A stretch of DNA of 64,000 nt from Octopus vulgaris. Lineage: Eukaryota. Every line of letters begins with the position of its first letter. Position 1 is the stretch's first letter. A program made the position numbers and the translations under genes. Positions 40,158-55,127 of this stretch are shown here, in pieces. The notes beneath the pieces were generated by a model. It had not been told where the DNA came from, searched no databases, and saw nothing but the letters and a program-made list of their open reading frames with translations. The stretch is taken from NCBI GenBank assembly GCA_951406725.2, contig OX597838.1:36456001-36520000 (forward strand), written 5' to 3'.

Positions 40158-41009
40158 GTCTATCTACCGAGCTTCTACCCTTTCTCCCTCTCTCTAAACG
40201 AACCCTTTTCCACACAAGGAATTCTCCAAGTTCCTATTCACAAACCTGCCTTCTTTCATTTTTACTTTTCCGCCCAAAAAACATCAAAAAGCAAAAACAA
40301 AAAAACATAAGACAACAACAACAACATCAATCAAACAAACGAACGAAATAAAAAAAAAAATCCCAGCTCATATTTACGGAACATTTACCAAAGTGATTAT
40401 TCTCACCTGGAAATCTTCTCTAAGTGTTTGCAAGTGGTTGCTGGCCTTACCTTTAAACGTCAACCGGTGATCTTTTAATTTCTTCCTTTATTTATTGTTT
40501 ATCAAACCCGCCTTCGATTCGTTCTCCACCCTAACCTTAGCAATAATACCATTATTCTTTCCACCCGTTACCATTTCTCCTCTTTCACTTCGCACACCAC
40601 ATTCTTCCATCCCTCGGAATAACCATCTTAACTCAGCTGATTACATACATACAAACATACATACACACACACATACATACATACACACGTACATACGTAC
40701 ATACACACACATACATACATACATACACACACATACATACATACATACATACATTCATACATACATACATACATACATACACACACAAACATACATACAT
40801 ACGTTCATACATACATACATACACACATACACATACTACATACACACACATACATACCTACGTTCATACATACATACATACATACACATACACACACAAA
40901 CATACATACATACATTCATACATACACACACATACATACATACATACATACATACACATACATACATACATACATACACACATACATACATACACATACA
41001 TACATACAT

Positions 41010-41042
<33 letters not shown>

Positions 41043-41381
41043 TACATACACACACATACATACACACACATACATACATACATACATACATACACACACA
41101 CGTACATACATACACACACACGTACATACATACGCACATGTATATACATGTATTCATACATGTATGTATGTATGTATGTATGTAAATGGATGTGTAGCAA
41201 ATAGCTTTACTTTTGTTGTGTAACACAAATATACACACACACACACACATATATATACGCATATATACCTACACATATACATACATGTAACACAAATACA
41301 CGCATATTTATACATGCGTATAACAAATAATTTCTTTTGTGGAAATAACACAGACACACGTGTATATATATACATACATAT

Positions 41382-41413
<32 letters not shown>

Positions 41414-42689
41414 TTAATAACAAAGGGTGAAATTAATTAATTAATTAAGAAGTAATCAGTAATTTTCACCAAGTAGAATTCAGCATGAAAAGGACCAATT
41501 CATGGTAAGTTTAAGTAATACTAAATAATTAGGGTTCAGCAACGATTTGCCTCACCACATACTGAAGTTTAGAAATAGCAGTCAAAATCCTGGCTATTCT
41601 TTCATGCATGTATGTATATGTATGTATATATATGTATGTGTATATAAACATGAATAGACTAGACTTACAAAGCAAAATAAAACTACCAATGTTCTGCAAA
41701 TAGGAGAAATTAAAAGTTATAAGTTATTTAAGAGGTAAAATATTTATGTACAACAATAACAAGAAGAACAAGAGGAGAAAGGGAGAAAAAATGAAATCGC
41801 AGTTGCCTGTATAATAAAAAAAAGGATATATATATACATATATGTATATATATATATGTATATATATCAAGGTGTAGATGGGAAAATATCGGTGAAAACT
41901 GTTATGGATGTAAGAAATACAAGGATATAGTAACGTTAAGAAGAAGGAGATATTGTTTGTGTGCAGAGAACCGGGTAAGGGGCCGTCCGTAGCCCTTTAA
42001 ATTCGTTCCTTTGCCCCCCTCTCTCTGTTGGAAACTGTTTTAGTAAATTTCGCCTCCTACCACCCTCTCTCTCTCTCTCCGTCGTTTGGTTCTGACTTTT
42101 ACGGGGGACGGAGGAAGGGGAGGAGGGGAGGGAGAGAAAAAGGTGCGAACGGCAACGTTACGTACAACATGTCAGTTCCGTCTTTCATCCATCATCGTCG
42201 CCACCTTCAGCAGCAGCAACACCAGCACTACCAGCAGCAGCAGTACCAGTATCAGCAGCTTCCCCACCACCACCATCACTATCAATATTACTCTCACTGT
42301 TACCATCACCACCACCATCGCCACCACCACAGCCAACACCAGGAAGCTACACGTCTAAATCTGTGGTCCTCCTGAGTGGTGTTTTTTTTTTATTTATCTT
42401 TCAGTGTTGTGTTGTAAAGTGTACTTGAGCGTCGTCACCCTTCAAGAGAGAAATTATACACACAGATACACACACACACATATATACATATATATATGAA
42501 AGAAAGGAGAAATTAATCATAACAGGTAACATCAGCAGCTGTTACAACAATCACAATATTCAACACTAGCAGCAATTATAACAACAACAACAACAACAGC
42601 AGCATTGACACTTAAAAGTAATTTGTCATTTATTACTAGGAGTATATAAGCGATTGGTTTGTATTTAGAACAAAAGCAAGTGGAAGAGC

Positions 42690-42800
42690 AAGCGCGCCGG
42701 AGAGACAAGAGAAGGCGAGCAAAAGCGAAAGTAGAGATTATATATAAATCAACCACCTCACCTTCTGTCTACATGTGAGCTAAACTTAGCGCCACGGTTT
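42690..42800 (+). promoter_or_regulatory. Possible TATA-box promoter
   Basis: TATATAAA at 42741-42748 after a CpG-rich stretch (GCGCGCCGG), within a TE-free region of about 2.5 kb upstream of the candidate exon. Confidence 0.3.
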
Positions 42801-43862
42801 CGATTCTGGGGGATATTGTGTTTTTTTTCTTCTCGTTTTTTTTTTTCTTTTGCTCGTTTCCACTTCACTTCAACTTGGATTCGCTTCGATTAACGTAGCC
42901 CTGTTGCGCTCTCTCTCTCTGTCTGTGTCTGTCTGTCTGTCTCTGCTTGCTTTAAAGGATTTTCTTGCAGAGACGGAAAGAAAAGGTGTAAGAGAGAATG
43001 CCTAAACTCGCAAACAAGCGTAACTTTTTACGTAATAATATCGTCAACCTCGCTTCCTTCTCGTGGCGACACAAAGTTTGAATTGTAGCCCCCCCCCCCC
43101 GTAGATGTCACCAAATTTTGGATTTGTAAAAAGAAGGAAGAAATTTCAAAGTTGCAAATAATTTACAAAATATCAGGAATAATTAAAAATAATTATATAT
43201 ATTTGAAACAAAACAAAAAAAAGAGAAAACAGTTATAAAATAGATTCAGTCACAAACGGATTACCACGGTTTTAAAGCAACAAAAGAAAAGAAAAACAAA
43301 AAACGGGAAAAAATACAAAAATGTAACTAAAAAAAAAGATGGCAATTTAAGCAAGAATTACAGAATTTACGGTAAACCTTCTGAATTAAGAAATGGTAGC
43401 TACTTTCAGAAGTCTTTAAACTTCAAATTGACGTTTCGCATCATCCTTACATTGTTTTCCTATAATATATATATACGTATGTATAATTGGATGTGTTCAT
43501 TTATAGATATCGGATATTCAGACTTAAGTAACAACAACAACGCCAAAATATCATAAAGATTATAAATATTATTGTTTATCAATCATCAAAATAATTAACA
43601 CAAACACAGAAAAAAAAAAATCTCAAACCACCAGAAATTTGCATTTATCTCGACAATGACTCTACCAACTTCTAAAGGATTTCGTATCATACGTTGTCAC
43701 AGGAAAGGAAGAATCGAATTATTTATATTTTCCAGATCGATAGATTATTAATAATACTAATTATAAGTATTATTATTATTATCATTATTACTGTAATTAT
43801 TGAGTGTCCGTGAGTGCGGTGTGTGGAGGTTAACAGGGTGTGTGTTCGCGCGCTTGTGTGTT

Positions 43863-43903
<41 letters not shown>

Positions 43904-43983
43904 CGTATGCCCTCGAGCGTGTCGTGTGTTGTGTGAGTGAATCTGTATATATTATATATATATATATATATAGTTACCAGTTT

Positions 43984-44296
43984 ATGGTGAATGTGAATGA
44001 AAGCCCGTCATGGATGGCTGGACCCTATCCACGCAGAGCACTACCACGCTCGGCCAGTGCGGACGGCACCACCAAGTTTTGCTGTTGCAAAAAGTCTGTT
44101 GCTGTGCCTGCCGTTACGGGCCGAACCATGAGTACCTACACACACAAACGGTCCCTTACCTTCGGACCAAGCCGTTGGCACAGGAAGGAGACAATCGGTC
44201 TATATTCGACATTTTCTGGGAGAAAGCACACAATACTATGGATTCTTTACCTGGCAGCCTCTCGGGGATTCCCCTTGGATGTTACAAAGTGTTCAT
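43984..44296 (+). CDS. Probable first coding exon of an unidentified secreted or membrane protein (in-frame ATGs at 43984, 44014 and 44128)
   Basis: Non-repetitive, GC-elevated block. The frame ends ..GRKHTILWILYLAASRGFPLDVTKCS at a phase-1 donor CAT|GTAAGT (44296/44297), typical of signal-peptide exons. ATG 44128 has ACCATG context. No homology recognised and no downstream exon found. Confidence 0.5.
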
Positions 44297-45138
44297 GTAA
44301 GTCTTTCCAGCATTTTTGTTTACAGTATGTATAATATATATAACGAAGTACATGTATGTATATGTGTGTGTACAGTTATATATATGATAATGTGTTTGTA
44401 TATATGTGTGTCGTTTTTATACAGGTGAGTCGAAAACGCAGTTTTCGATTTTCGTATATTACGATTCCTTAAAAAAAAAAAAAGACAGGCTTTTCCTTTG
44501 GTGGGGCCAATTTTTGCCCCTTCACTCCACTTTTGTAATTTTCTTGTTTTTTTCCCCTTTTTTCTTCTTTTTTCCAGCTTTCACTTTTGTTTTCAAAGAT
44601 CTTTTTCGCAGATTTATGTTTTATACAGCTGAGATTATGAATCCGAAAAAATATTTTCGGAAAACAAGTAAAAAAAACAACAAAAAGCCCCCCCCCAAAA
44701 AAAAGAAAGAAAAAACAAACAGGTAGGGTGAAAAGGAGGAAGTCCGAACCCCACTGTACCAATTTATTTTTTCTTTTATCTCCTCAGGATCGTGATCTTC
44801 TATACACAAAACATGAACTTTCAAAGAGTCTATAATTTCCGACTCTATTGTACAGGAATACGATATATATATATTGCTGCTAGTATCCATGTGTTTATTT
44901 ACTATTTATTTATTATGTATTGGTTTATGTTATTCTCTTTGTCACTTGATTTCCAAATGCTCCTTCAGACTTTATTTGAAAATGATTCACAGCAATTTCT
45001 TTGGACATTAAAGCCTTGAGTCGGACTAGCGTCCCGTCCAGGGTACGGCGTTGGATTCCTAGGTCGTTTACACACTACATCGGGCCCGGGAAAAAGCTCC
45101 GACCTGGCGAACTAATAGGCTTGATGCAAACTTTGTCA

Positions 45139-45198
<60 letters not shown>

Positions 45199-45386
45199 AT
45201 ATATATGTATATAGACCGTCGGTAAATCATAAATCCGAAAAAGAAACACGCTGTAAGTTATAGAGTATATAAAGATAGATATGCCCGGTCTATGGAGGCC
45301 AACAGGTTTTAGGGTCTGATGAAATGCTTTAAGCGCTTTATGGATGTGAAACCCAGGCTAACCCCATAAACCGGCTCCATCCATCC

Positions 45387-45436
<50 letters not shown>

Positions 45437-45475
45437 TTCTATCTCTCTCTATCTATCTATCTATCTATGTATGTT

Positions 45476-45508
<33 letters not shown>

Positions 45509-45549
45509 ATCTATCTATCTATATCTATCTATCTATATCTATATGTCTA

Positions 45550-45616
<67 letters not shown>

Positions 45617-45914
45617 ATATCTATCTATATACCTATGTATGTATGTATGTATGTATCTATCTATCTATGTATCTATCTATCTATGTAGGTGTAAATAATA
45701 GTTATGCGTTAGAGGAGTATACAGTGAAATGACAGAGTAGTACTCAATACGGGTTGATAGGATAGAATAATATGAACTTGGAGCAGCTTTGGTTTTTGCG
45801 TTGTCCGGATTTCGCGTTGTCCCTTTCTGCGTCTGACGAGCAATGAACTATTTCTGAAGAAATGATTGTGAATAAAAATTATATATCTTTTTCTCCTGCT
45901 CAATAGCTTCCTGT

Positions 45915-46130
45915 GATACACCTGGGGACATCATCAACGATGTTTCCTGGAGTTAATAAGGGTTTCAGGCTTTCAAATATCGAACGCCCTCACCCAGCCG
46001 GGTTTTGATCAAGTCCCACATTGTGGCCAGTTGGTTGGCACTTAACTCCTCGAAGCACTGTTCCTTCCCACGGCTCGCACCCCTTGGCCTACAGCCGCCT
46101 TAAGCCATCCTCTATTGCCTCGTGTATGTG
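45915..46130 (-). mobile_element. 3' fragment of a Hero-like (RLE-clade) non-LTR retrotransposon
   Basis: Minus strand EAIEDGLRRL*AKGCEPW resembles the Hero ORF end EAAERASRWLW..PW, followed by a 3' UTR-like CTGGGTGAGGGCG..TTGAAAG..CCAGGAAACATCGTTGATGATGTCCCCAG (from recall). Confidence 0.5.
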
Positions 46131-46453
46131 AAGCTGTGGTGACCTGTTGGTTACCTGTTGGTTAGGTTGTTGCGTTCACGATCGCAAGGTCACGGTATCG
46201 ATTCCAGAACCGTCGTCGCGTTGAGTTCTTGAGCAAAGCACTTCATTTCACGTTGCTTTAGTCTGCCCAACACAGCTACAAATGGGTAACCTTCCAAAGC
46301 ACTGACATTCCATTCGAGGGGGAGTGTCGGCTAGCCCGTCTGGCCAACGGGGTAGCATCATTCGAAAGCTATTACAATACGAGGAAGTGCTTTGTGACCA
46401 GTGGTGTATGACCACATCCGATACTCCTATCGATACAGTGACACAGTAACGTC

Positions 46454-46490
<37 letters not shown>

Positions 46491-46650
46491 TCTTTATCGA
46501 GTGAAAAACGGTATGGACGTTTTGTTTTGGTGTCTCGCTATGCTGTATACGACTATGAGGATTCACCTTCCCAATGGAACTCGGTTTTTTCCCAAACTTT
46601 TTCTCAAACCTGCTATAATGTAATATATGTCTTTGGTGTGGTAATTGTAC

Positions 46651-46737
46651 GCGGCTGAAGAAGGCTGTTGACCTACATGTTATATCAATTATGCATTGAT
46701 TTAAATTGTTCAATAAAGCCAGAAACATATGTACCTC
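46651..46737 (+). ncRNA. Type I hammerhead motif with an extended stem II
   Basis: GCGG-CTGAAGA-AGGC..long hairpin (TTGA/TCAA, ATCAAT/ATTGAT)..GCCA-GAAA-CATATG-TA-CCTC; palindromic stem III ACATATGT. Confidence 0.6.
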
Positions 46738-46766
46738 AAAACCCTTTGCATCCTGTTTTTCTTTTG

Positions 46767-46808
<42 letters not shown>

Positions 46809-47014
46809 GGGTGTATAAGCCCTTGACAGAAAACAGTGGGTTTTCCGTATGCTTGGGACTCGAACTCGTACCGCTATGTTTTCGTAACAAGTGTGCTACC
46901 AGAATTATATATATTGAGAAGAAGGAGGCAGTCAGAATTTTGGATAATCCTTTATTATTTCGTTTCGGAACTCGTCAGGACAAAATCAAAATTCTTCTCC
47001 GTGTATATGTGTGA

Positions 47015-47975
<961 letters not shown>

Positions 47976-48779
47976 GGAGAGAGAGAAACGAATTTAGGAG
48001 CACCGAGTGAGTTGGTAATTTACAGAAAACGAAGTGAATCTCGAACGCAGTTATAAAGATTCGATAACAGCTGAGAAAATTATGCAAAAAAAAAAAAAAA
48101 CCAAAAAAAATTGGAAGACGGTGAAAAAGTGGCCAGTAGGCGGCTTATAGGGAATCGAACCCCCCTACATCTCAGATACCGGTGTCTGAGAAGACACGGG
48201 GGTTCGATTCTTGGTACCCACCAACAGGCCACTGTTTTCTCTTTTCTAAAGGTGTATTTTACGGCTGTGCTACGTTCGTGATTTTTAGTTTATTTTCTAT
48301 AACACAAACACACACACACACAACCTGTTACCTGTGTGTGTGTGTGTGTGTGTGATGTCCCTCACCTTAATTATGCCTCGGTATTTACAGGTGTAAACAT
48401 TCTTTTTCACGCTTTCCATCTTTTCTGTCGGTATTTATTCAAGAGTTGGGTGGAGGGGTCGGTTGTTATCCGTTCAACATATTTACATATTTCGAAAGTG
48501 TAAACAGATATATATACCCAATGTAAACAAATTACGGGAAGCACATATTCACACACACACATATTCACACACACACGCACGCACGCATGCAAACACACAC
48601 ACTTGCGCCCGCACGCGCGCGTCTTTTAAGGTGCGTGACACCATTTGTATGTAAACAACAATAATTTTCGACCGAAAAATGACAACGGACCTGTCAAAAG
48701 AAATTATCAGGAAATATGCAATTTCTACTTACGAACGAACGAACGAACGAACGTACGTACGTATGTATGTATGTATGTA

Positions 48780-48842
<63 letters not shown>

Positions 48843-49595
48843 ATGTATGTATATATGTATGTACGTATGTATGTATGTACGTACGTATGTGTGTGTGTAT
48901 GTATGTATGTATGTATGTATGTATGTATGTATGTATGTATGTATGTATGTATGTATGTATGTACGTACGTATGTATGTGTGTGTGTATGTATGTATGTGT
49001 GTACGTACGTACGTACGTACGTATGTATGTATGTATGTACGTACGTACGTATGTATGTATGTATGTATGTAAGTATGCATACACGTATGTATGTATGAAT
49101 GAATGCGGATTGGTGCGTGTGTGTGTGCATATATATATACATACACACACACATATATATATAATGTGTGTGGGTATGTATTTGTGTGTATATGTATGTG
49201 TGTGTATGCATGTATGTTTGTGTGTATATGCATGAATGAATGCAGGTTGGTGTGTGTGTGTGTCTATATATATATATTTATATATATATATAGATGTGCG
49301 TGGATATGTATTTGTGTGTAGTATATGTATGTATAAGTATGTACTTGCGTGTGCATGTCAACATAAATGTGTGTGTATGTATATTTGTATAACTATGTGT
49401 GTAGATATGCATATATGCACGTACGTATGTATATATATATATATGGCGGTGCCCCAGCATGGCCACAAAATGGCGGTGCCCCAGCACGGCCACAGCTTGT
49501 GAGCTGAAACGAAATAAAAAAAAAGAAAATATATATGTGTGTGTGTGTGTGTATACGTACGTGTGAATGTATGTATGCACGTACGTATGTACATT

Positions 49596-49626
<31 letters not shown>

Positions 49627-49808
49627 ACGTACTTGTGAATGTATGTATGTGTTTATATATGTATATATCTGTATAACTGTTTGAATGTTGTCATATATGT
49701 GTGTGTGCGTGTGTGTCTGTTTGTGTAGAAAGTAAAACAGTCATTCAGTCACCGTTTTGTGTGTGTGTGTGTGTGCGTGCGTGCGTGTGTGCATGCGTGC
49801 GTGTCTGT

Positions 49809-49839
<31 letters not shown>

Positions 49840-51195
49840 CGTGCGTGCGTGCGTGTGTGCGTGTGTGTGTCTGTGTGTGTGTGTGCTGAGACCTTCTTGG
49901 CGTTACAGGCGACAGGTTTACGCGGTGCATTTTCGTTGCGACTAAACATATAATGATGTGTGAGTGTGTGTGTGTGCGCCCGTGCGTGCGTGCATGTGTG
50001 TTTGCGTGTGTGTTAGCGCGTGTGTGAGAGAGCGAGCGGGGTGTTGCATGGCCTAGTGGTTAGGGCGTAGCACTCACGTTCATGAGATAATGCTTTCGAT
50101 TTCCAGGACTGGTGGTGCGCGTTGTTTATTTCTCGTGCAAAACACTTCACCTCGCGTCGCTGGGTGATCACTTCGACACCTGACATTTTGGTGCACAACT
50201 CACCCGTGGCGGCCAAGTCGATTTAATGGGGAGAATGATCTGATGTACGGCACAAACAGTTGATCATTATTAACAAATTACCTGTGCAGGTTATCATTTG
50301 CGTTAGGCGAGTCCACTTCATCTTCATACCTACCTACCTACATACCTACCTACCTTCATACCTATCTACCTACATACATACATACATACATACATACATA
50401 CATCCATATATACATACATCCATACATACATACATACAAACATACATACATACATACATACATACATCCATATATATATACATACATACATACATATATA
50501 CATAGATGTATTAACTACATCCCAAAGATGGAGCTTTGTATCTTTGTTGGAAACCGGCTCCCTCCTCTGAAAGATTTATAATAATTAAAAAAATAGAAGA
50601 CATACATACACACATACATACATACATACACACACATACATATATACATACACACATACACACATACACATACATACATACATACACACATGCATACATA
50701 CATACACACAGACACACACACACATACATACATACAGACAGTCAGGCTGGCTTAGAAAAACTGAAGGACCACTGCAATAAGTGTGTGAACCTGAGAGGGG
50801 AATATGTTGAATAAAATATCATAATTAACTGATTGTCCTCTATTTTCTTTTACCCAAAAGCCAGAAACTTTTCACCACCCCCGTCGTACATCATACGTAC
50901 ACACACACACAGGTATATATGCATATATGCGCGTGTGTGTGTGTATATCTATCTGTACCTGCGGGTCCGTCGGATCGGTCGTTCTCTTCCAGTGAAGACG
51001 TCAGTGTACCGAAACAGACGTGAATGTGCTAACGAGTCCTACATAGAACGTATAAATGAGACGATGAGCACTTTCGTTGCGCTGGTGTGCATAGCCTTAA
51101 CGTGATAAATTTCGGACCGTCATCGTAATACACAGACACACATATAGTAATGTTTATTTCTATGTTGTAATAATAATAGTAAAAAATTTACATTA

Positions 51196-51570
51196 GGCGC
51201 AGGAGTGGCTGTGTGGTAAGTAGCTTGTTTACCAAACACATGGTTCCGGGTTCAGTCCCATTACGTGGCACCTTGGACAAGTGTCTTCTACTATAGCCTC
51301 GGGTGGACCAAAGCCTTGTGAGTGGATTTGGTAGACGGAAACTGAAAGAAGCCCGTCGTATATATATATGTATGTGTGTGTATGTTTGTGTGTCTGTGTT
51401 TGTCCCCCTAGCATTGCTTGACAACCGATGCTGGTGTGTTTACGTCCACGTTACTTAGCGGTTCAGCAAAAGAGACCGATAGAATAAGTACTGGGCTTAC
51501 AAAGAGTTGCCTGATTAAAGGCGGTGCTCCAGCATGGCCGCAGTCAAAATGACTGAAACAAGTAAAAAAA
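51196..51570 (+). mobile_element. SINE family A copy
   Basis: Family match. Confidence 0.88.
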
Positions 51571-51699
51571 AAATAAAAAAGAGAAATTACGCTGAAGGAT
51601 TGCTCAATACATCTTCGGTAAAGTACAAATTTATTGTTCTCTAAGAAGAATATTGTTAAACGTGACCTCGAAGTTTTGGCCAGCTAACCCATCATCAGC

Positions 51700-51751
<52 letters not shown>

Positions 51752-51887
51752 ATAAGAATTATAGAAAGGTTTACTACCAGTGGTCTAGCGCAAAAAGAAA
51801 TAGTGGCTTGAACTTTAACTGTTCTTTCTAGCGCAAGGTTTTCCTATGATGGAAGCGTCTTAATGTGTTTTGTGTACACGATATTTT

Positions 51888-52049
51888 CAGGAGTGGCTGT
51901 GTGGTATGTAGCTTGTTTACCAACCACATGGTTCCGGGTTCAGTCCCACTGCGTGGCACCTTGGACAAGTGTCTTCTACTATAGCTTCGGGCCGAGCCAA
52001 AACCTTGTGAGTGGATTTGGTAGACGGAAACTGAAAGAAGCCCGTCGTA

Positions 52050-52146
<97 letters not shown>

Positions 52147-52341
52147 GTGTCTGTGTTTGTCCCTAGCATTACTTGACAACCGATGCTGGTGTGTTTATGT
52201 CCCCCGTTACTTAGCGGTTCGGCAAAAGAGACCGATAGAATAAGTACTGGGCTTACAAAAGAATAAGTCCCGGGGTCGATTGCTCGGTTAAAGCCGGTGC
52301 TCCAGCATGGCCGCAGTCAAATGACTGAAACAAGTAAAAGA

Positions 52342-52343
<2 letters not shown>
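51888..52343 (+). mobile_element. SINE family A copy
   Basis: Family match. Confidence 0.88.
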
Positions 52344-52397
<54 letters not shown>

Positions 52398-52872
52398 ATG
52401 GTGGGGAGGCACACACACACACATATCTGTCAACACTTGCATTTATTAACACAAGCAAACTGTTTCTATGTAAGTAATATACAAACTGGTGTTCCACGTT
52501 CAATTCTTCACTGGTCCACACACACACACACACACACACACTGTTTTGTTTAAGTCATGAATTTATGGAAAACGCAATACAAAAATAAAGCAACTGTCGA
52601 TTTAATAACAGCAACAACGGCGAAATAATGCTAATTAATAATAATAATAATGGTAATTAAGACTCGAAAGGGATCGAACCGGTCTGCTTTTGGTTGGTTG
52701 ATTTTGTTTGTACCTGTCGTGTTTACATAAATACCTACACTCACACACACGCACACACGTACGCGTGGATACGCGTATGCACGCGTACGCGTACACGTAA
52801 CGGATTCGATTCAGGGTATTTTCGGTCGTTCAGTTAGTGTTGAAGTGTGTGTGTGTGTGTGTGTGTATATAA

Positions 52873-52908
<36 letters not shown>

Positions 52909-52918
52909 TTGTGTGTGT

Positions 52919-53137
52919 GGCGAGCTGGCAGAAACGTTAGCGCCGCCGGGCGAAATGCGTATCCGTATTTCGTCTGTCGATACGTTCCGAGTTCAAATTC
53001 CGCCGAGGTCGACTTTGCCTGTCATCCTTTCGGGTTCGATAAATTAAGTACCAGTTACGCACTGGGGATCGATATAATCGACTTAATACCTATGTCTGTC
53101 CTTGTTTGTCCCCTCTATGTTTAGCCCCTTGTGGGCA
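52919..53137 (+). mobile_element. SINE family B copy, 3'-truncated
   Basis: Family match. Confidence 0.88.
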
Positions 53138-53861
53138 ACCTTCGAAACGTAGAGTAGATGAAACCATGGCGACTGAAGAAGGGGTTTTTCCCTTGTGTTA
53201 TTTGTCCTGTACTCCTTTTTTTTTGTTGTTTAAGAAAAAATGTCCAGTTCCTTGGGTTTGTGTCTATGTTTTCGTTTCTCATTGTGTTCGACGTTTTTTT
53301 GGTGTCCTGTACTCATATATGCGTGTATATATACATGTAGAGGTAGGTACGTACATATATGTATATATATATATGCATATGTTTTATTTATTAATATATA
53401 TGTGTGTGTGTGTCCGTGTGCATGAATGCATGCGCGAGCGCTTGTGTGCGTGTATGAATATTTGAATATGCGTGCGTATGTTTGTGTGTGTGTATGTATG
53501 TTTGTATATGTATGTGTGTGTGTATGTGTGTGTGCGTGTGTGTGTGTGTGTGTGTGCGTGAAAAAGAGAGAGATGGGGATTGATTTGAACCTCAAATTCC
53601 CTCCCTTCCAAGGCCATCTTAGCAGCATTATAGGCCCTTAGACAAATCAGTCCACCGGACACCCGCAGTATTTATTTATCGACAGCATGCAAAGAACAGA
53701 ACTGGGCCCCTAGATACACGAACCCCCAACATTCTAGGCTTTCGGCAGAAATTTGGCAGTGGAATAACAATGGCTTAAAGCAGGAATCCTTCACCGTCGT
53801 CGGACCACGGATTATTTGGAATTGTGCCGCATAGAAACAATAGATTTATAAATTTTGTAGC

Positions 53862-54045
53862 TAGGAGCAAGCGTGGTTGTGTGGTAAGAAGTTTACTTTC
53901 CCATCACACACTTTCCGGGTTCAGTCCCGCTGTCTGACATCTTGTCCAAGTGTCTTCTACATAGCAGCCCCTGGCAGACCAAAGCCTTGTGGATGGATTT
54001 GGTAGACGGAAAACTGAAAGAAGCCCGTCGCATATATATATATAT

Positions 54046-54082
<37 letters not shown>

Positions 54083-54288
54083 GTGTTTGTGTCGGTGTTT
54101 GTTCTCCGCCCACCATCGCTTGACAACCGGCGTTGATGTGTTTACGTCCCAGAAACTTAGCGGTTCGGCAAAAGAGACCGATAGTGTAAGTACTAGCCTT
54201 ACTAAGTCCTAGTCAACATTTTCGGCTAAATCTCCATAAGGTGGTGCTCCAGCATGGCCGCAATCAAATGACTGAAACAAATATAAGA
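53862..54288 (+). mobile_element. Diverged SINE family A copy
   Basis: Family match. Confidence 0.8.
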
Positions 54289-54521
54289 AACGTGTGTGTG
54301 TGTGTGTGTGTTGGTCTTACAACATCGTTTGAAAACCGGTGTTGGTTTGTCTACGTCCCTGTAACTTTGTGATTCGGCAAAAAAAGTGAATAAGGAGCTG
54401 GCTTAAAGATATGAACTGAGGTAGATTCGGGCGGTGCCCCAGCATGGCCGTAGTCCAGTGACTGAAACAGGTGATAGAACAAAAGACAGGTGCTGCTTCT
54501 CATTGACAAAGTGCTGAGTAT

Positions 54522-54584
<63 letters not shown>

Positions 54585-54649
54585 GACATACACACACACA
54601 CAGATACACACACATAGATACACACACACACAGATACACACACACAGAT

Positions 54650-54681
<32 letters not shown>

Positions 54682-54719
54682 GACGTTGACGTCATACCTC
54701 ATGTAGATTCCCAGTGATA

Positions 54720-54758
<39 letters not shown>

Positions 54759-54972
54759 AGAGAGAGAGAGAGAGAGAGTGAAAGCAGTGTCACCTGGAAA
54801 CGCAGGTATAGTTTCTCTTGCTTTGTAAAGCCAGCAGCGGTTGAATATCCCGCAGTAAATTGTACCTTTAACGCAACTCTCAGGTGCGTGGATAAATGGT
54901 TAGGGTATTCGGTTCACGATCGTGAAGGTCGTGAGTTCGATGCCCGGCGGCACAGTGTGTCCTTGAGCAAGA

Positions 54973-55127
54973 CACTAACGTAGCTAGAGTGGGTGCCGCT
55001 CGGGGCATCCCTTCTGTCTCCTCCCCAAAGAATACAGATTGCCTACAGCCGACCCTAAGGTAGTGCTGCCCCTATAAATGTGCCACCCGGGACGGACCGC
55101 CGCACCACCACCATCGCTACGCTAGTG
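54973..55127. mobile_element. Short hAT-like MITE nested in a SINE C (54883-55340)
   Basis: TIR CACTAACGTAGC / GCTACGCTAGTG; AAGACACT is repeated at both junctions. Confidence 0.65.

Noticed and set aside
41958-41985. TGCAGAGAACCGGGTAAGGGGC resembles miR-184
   Set aside because: The seed differs and there is no complementary arm
42028-42375. Gln/His-rich 115-aa ORF near the putative promoter
   Set aside because: Made of CAG/CAC trinucleotide repeats, starts at a non-ATG codon and has no convincing splice context
50990-51020. GTGAAGA..CCGAAAC hammerhead-like motif, and similar ones at 45834 and 51670
   Set aside because: Core or stems too degenerate to support
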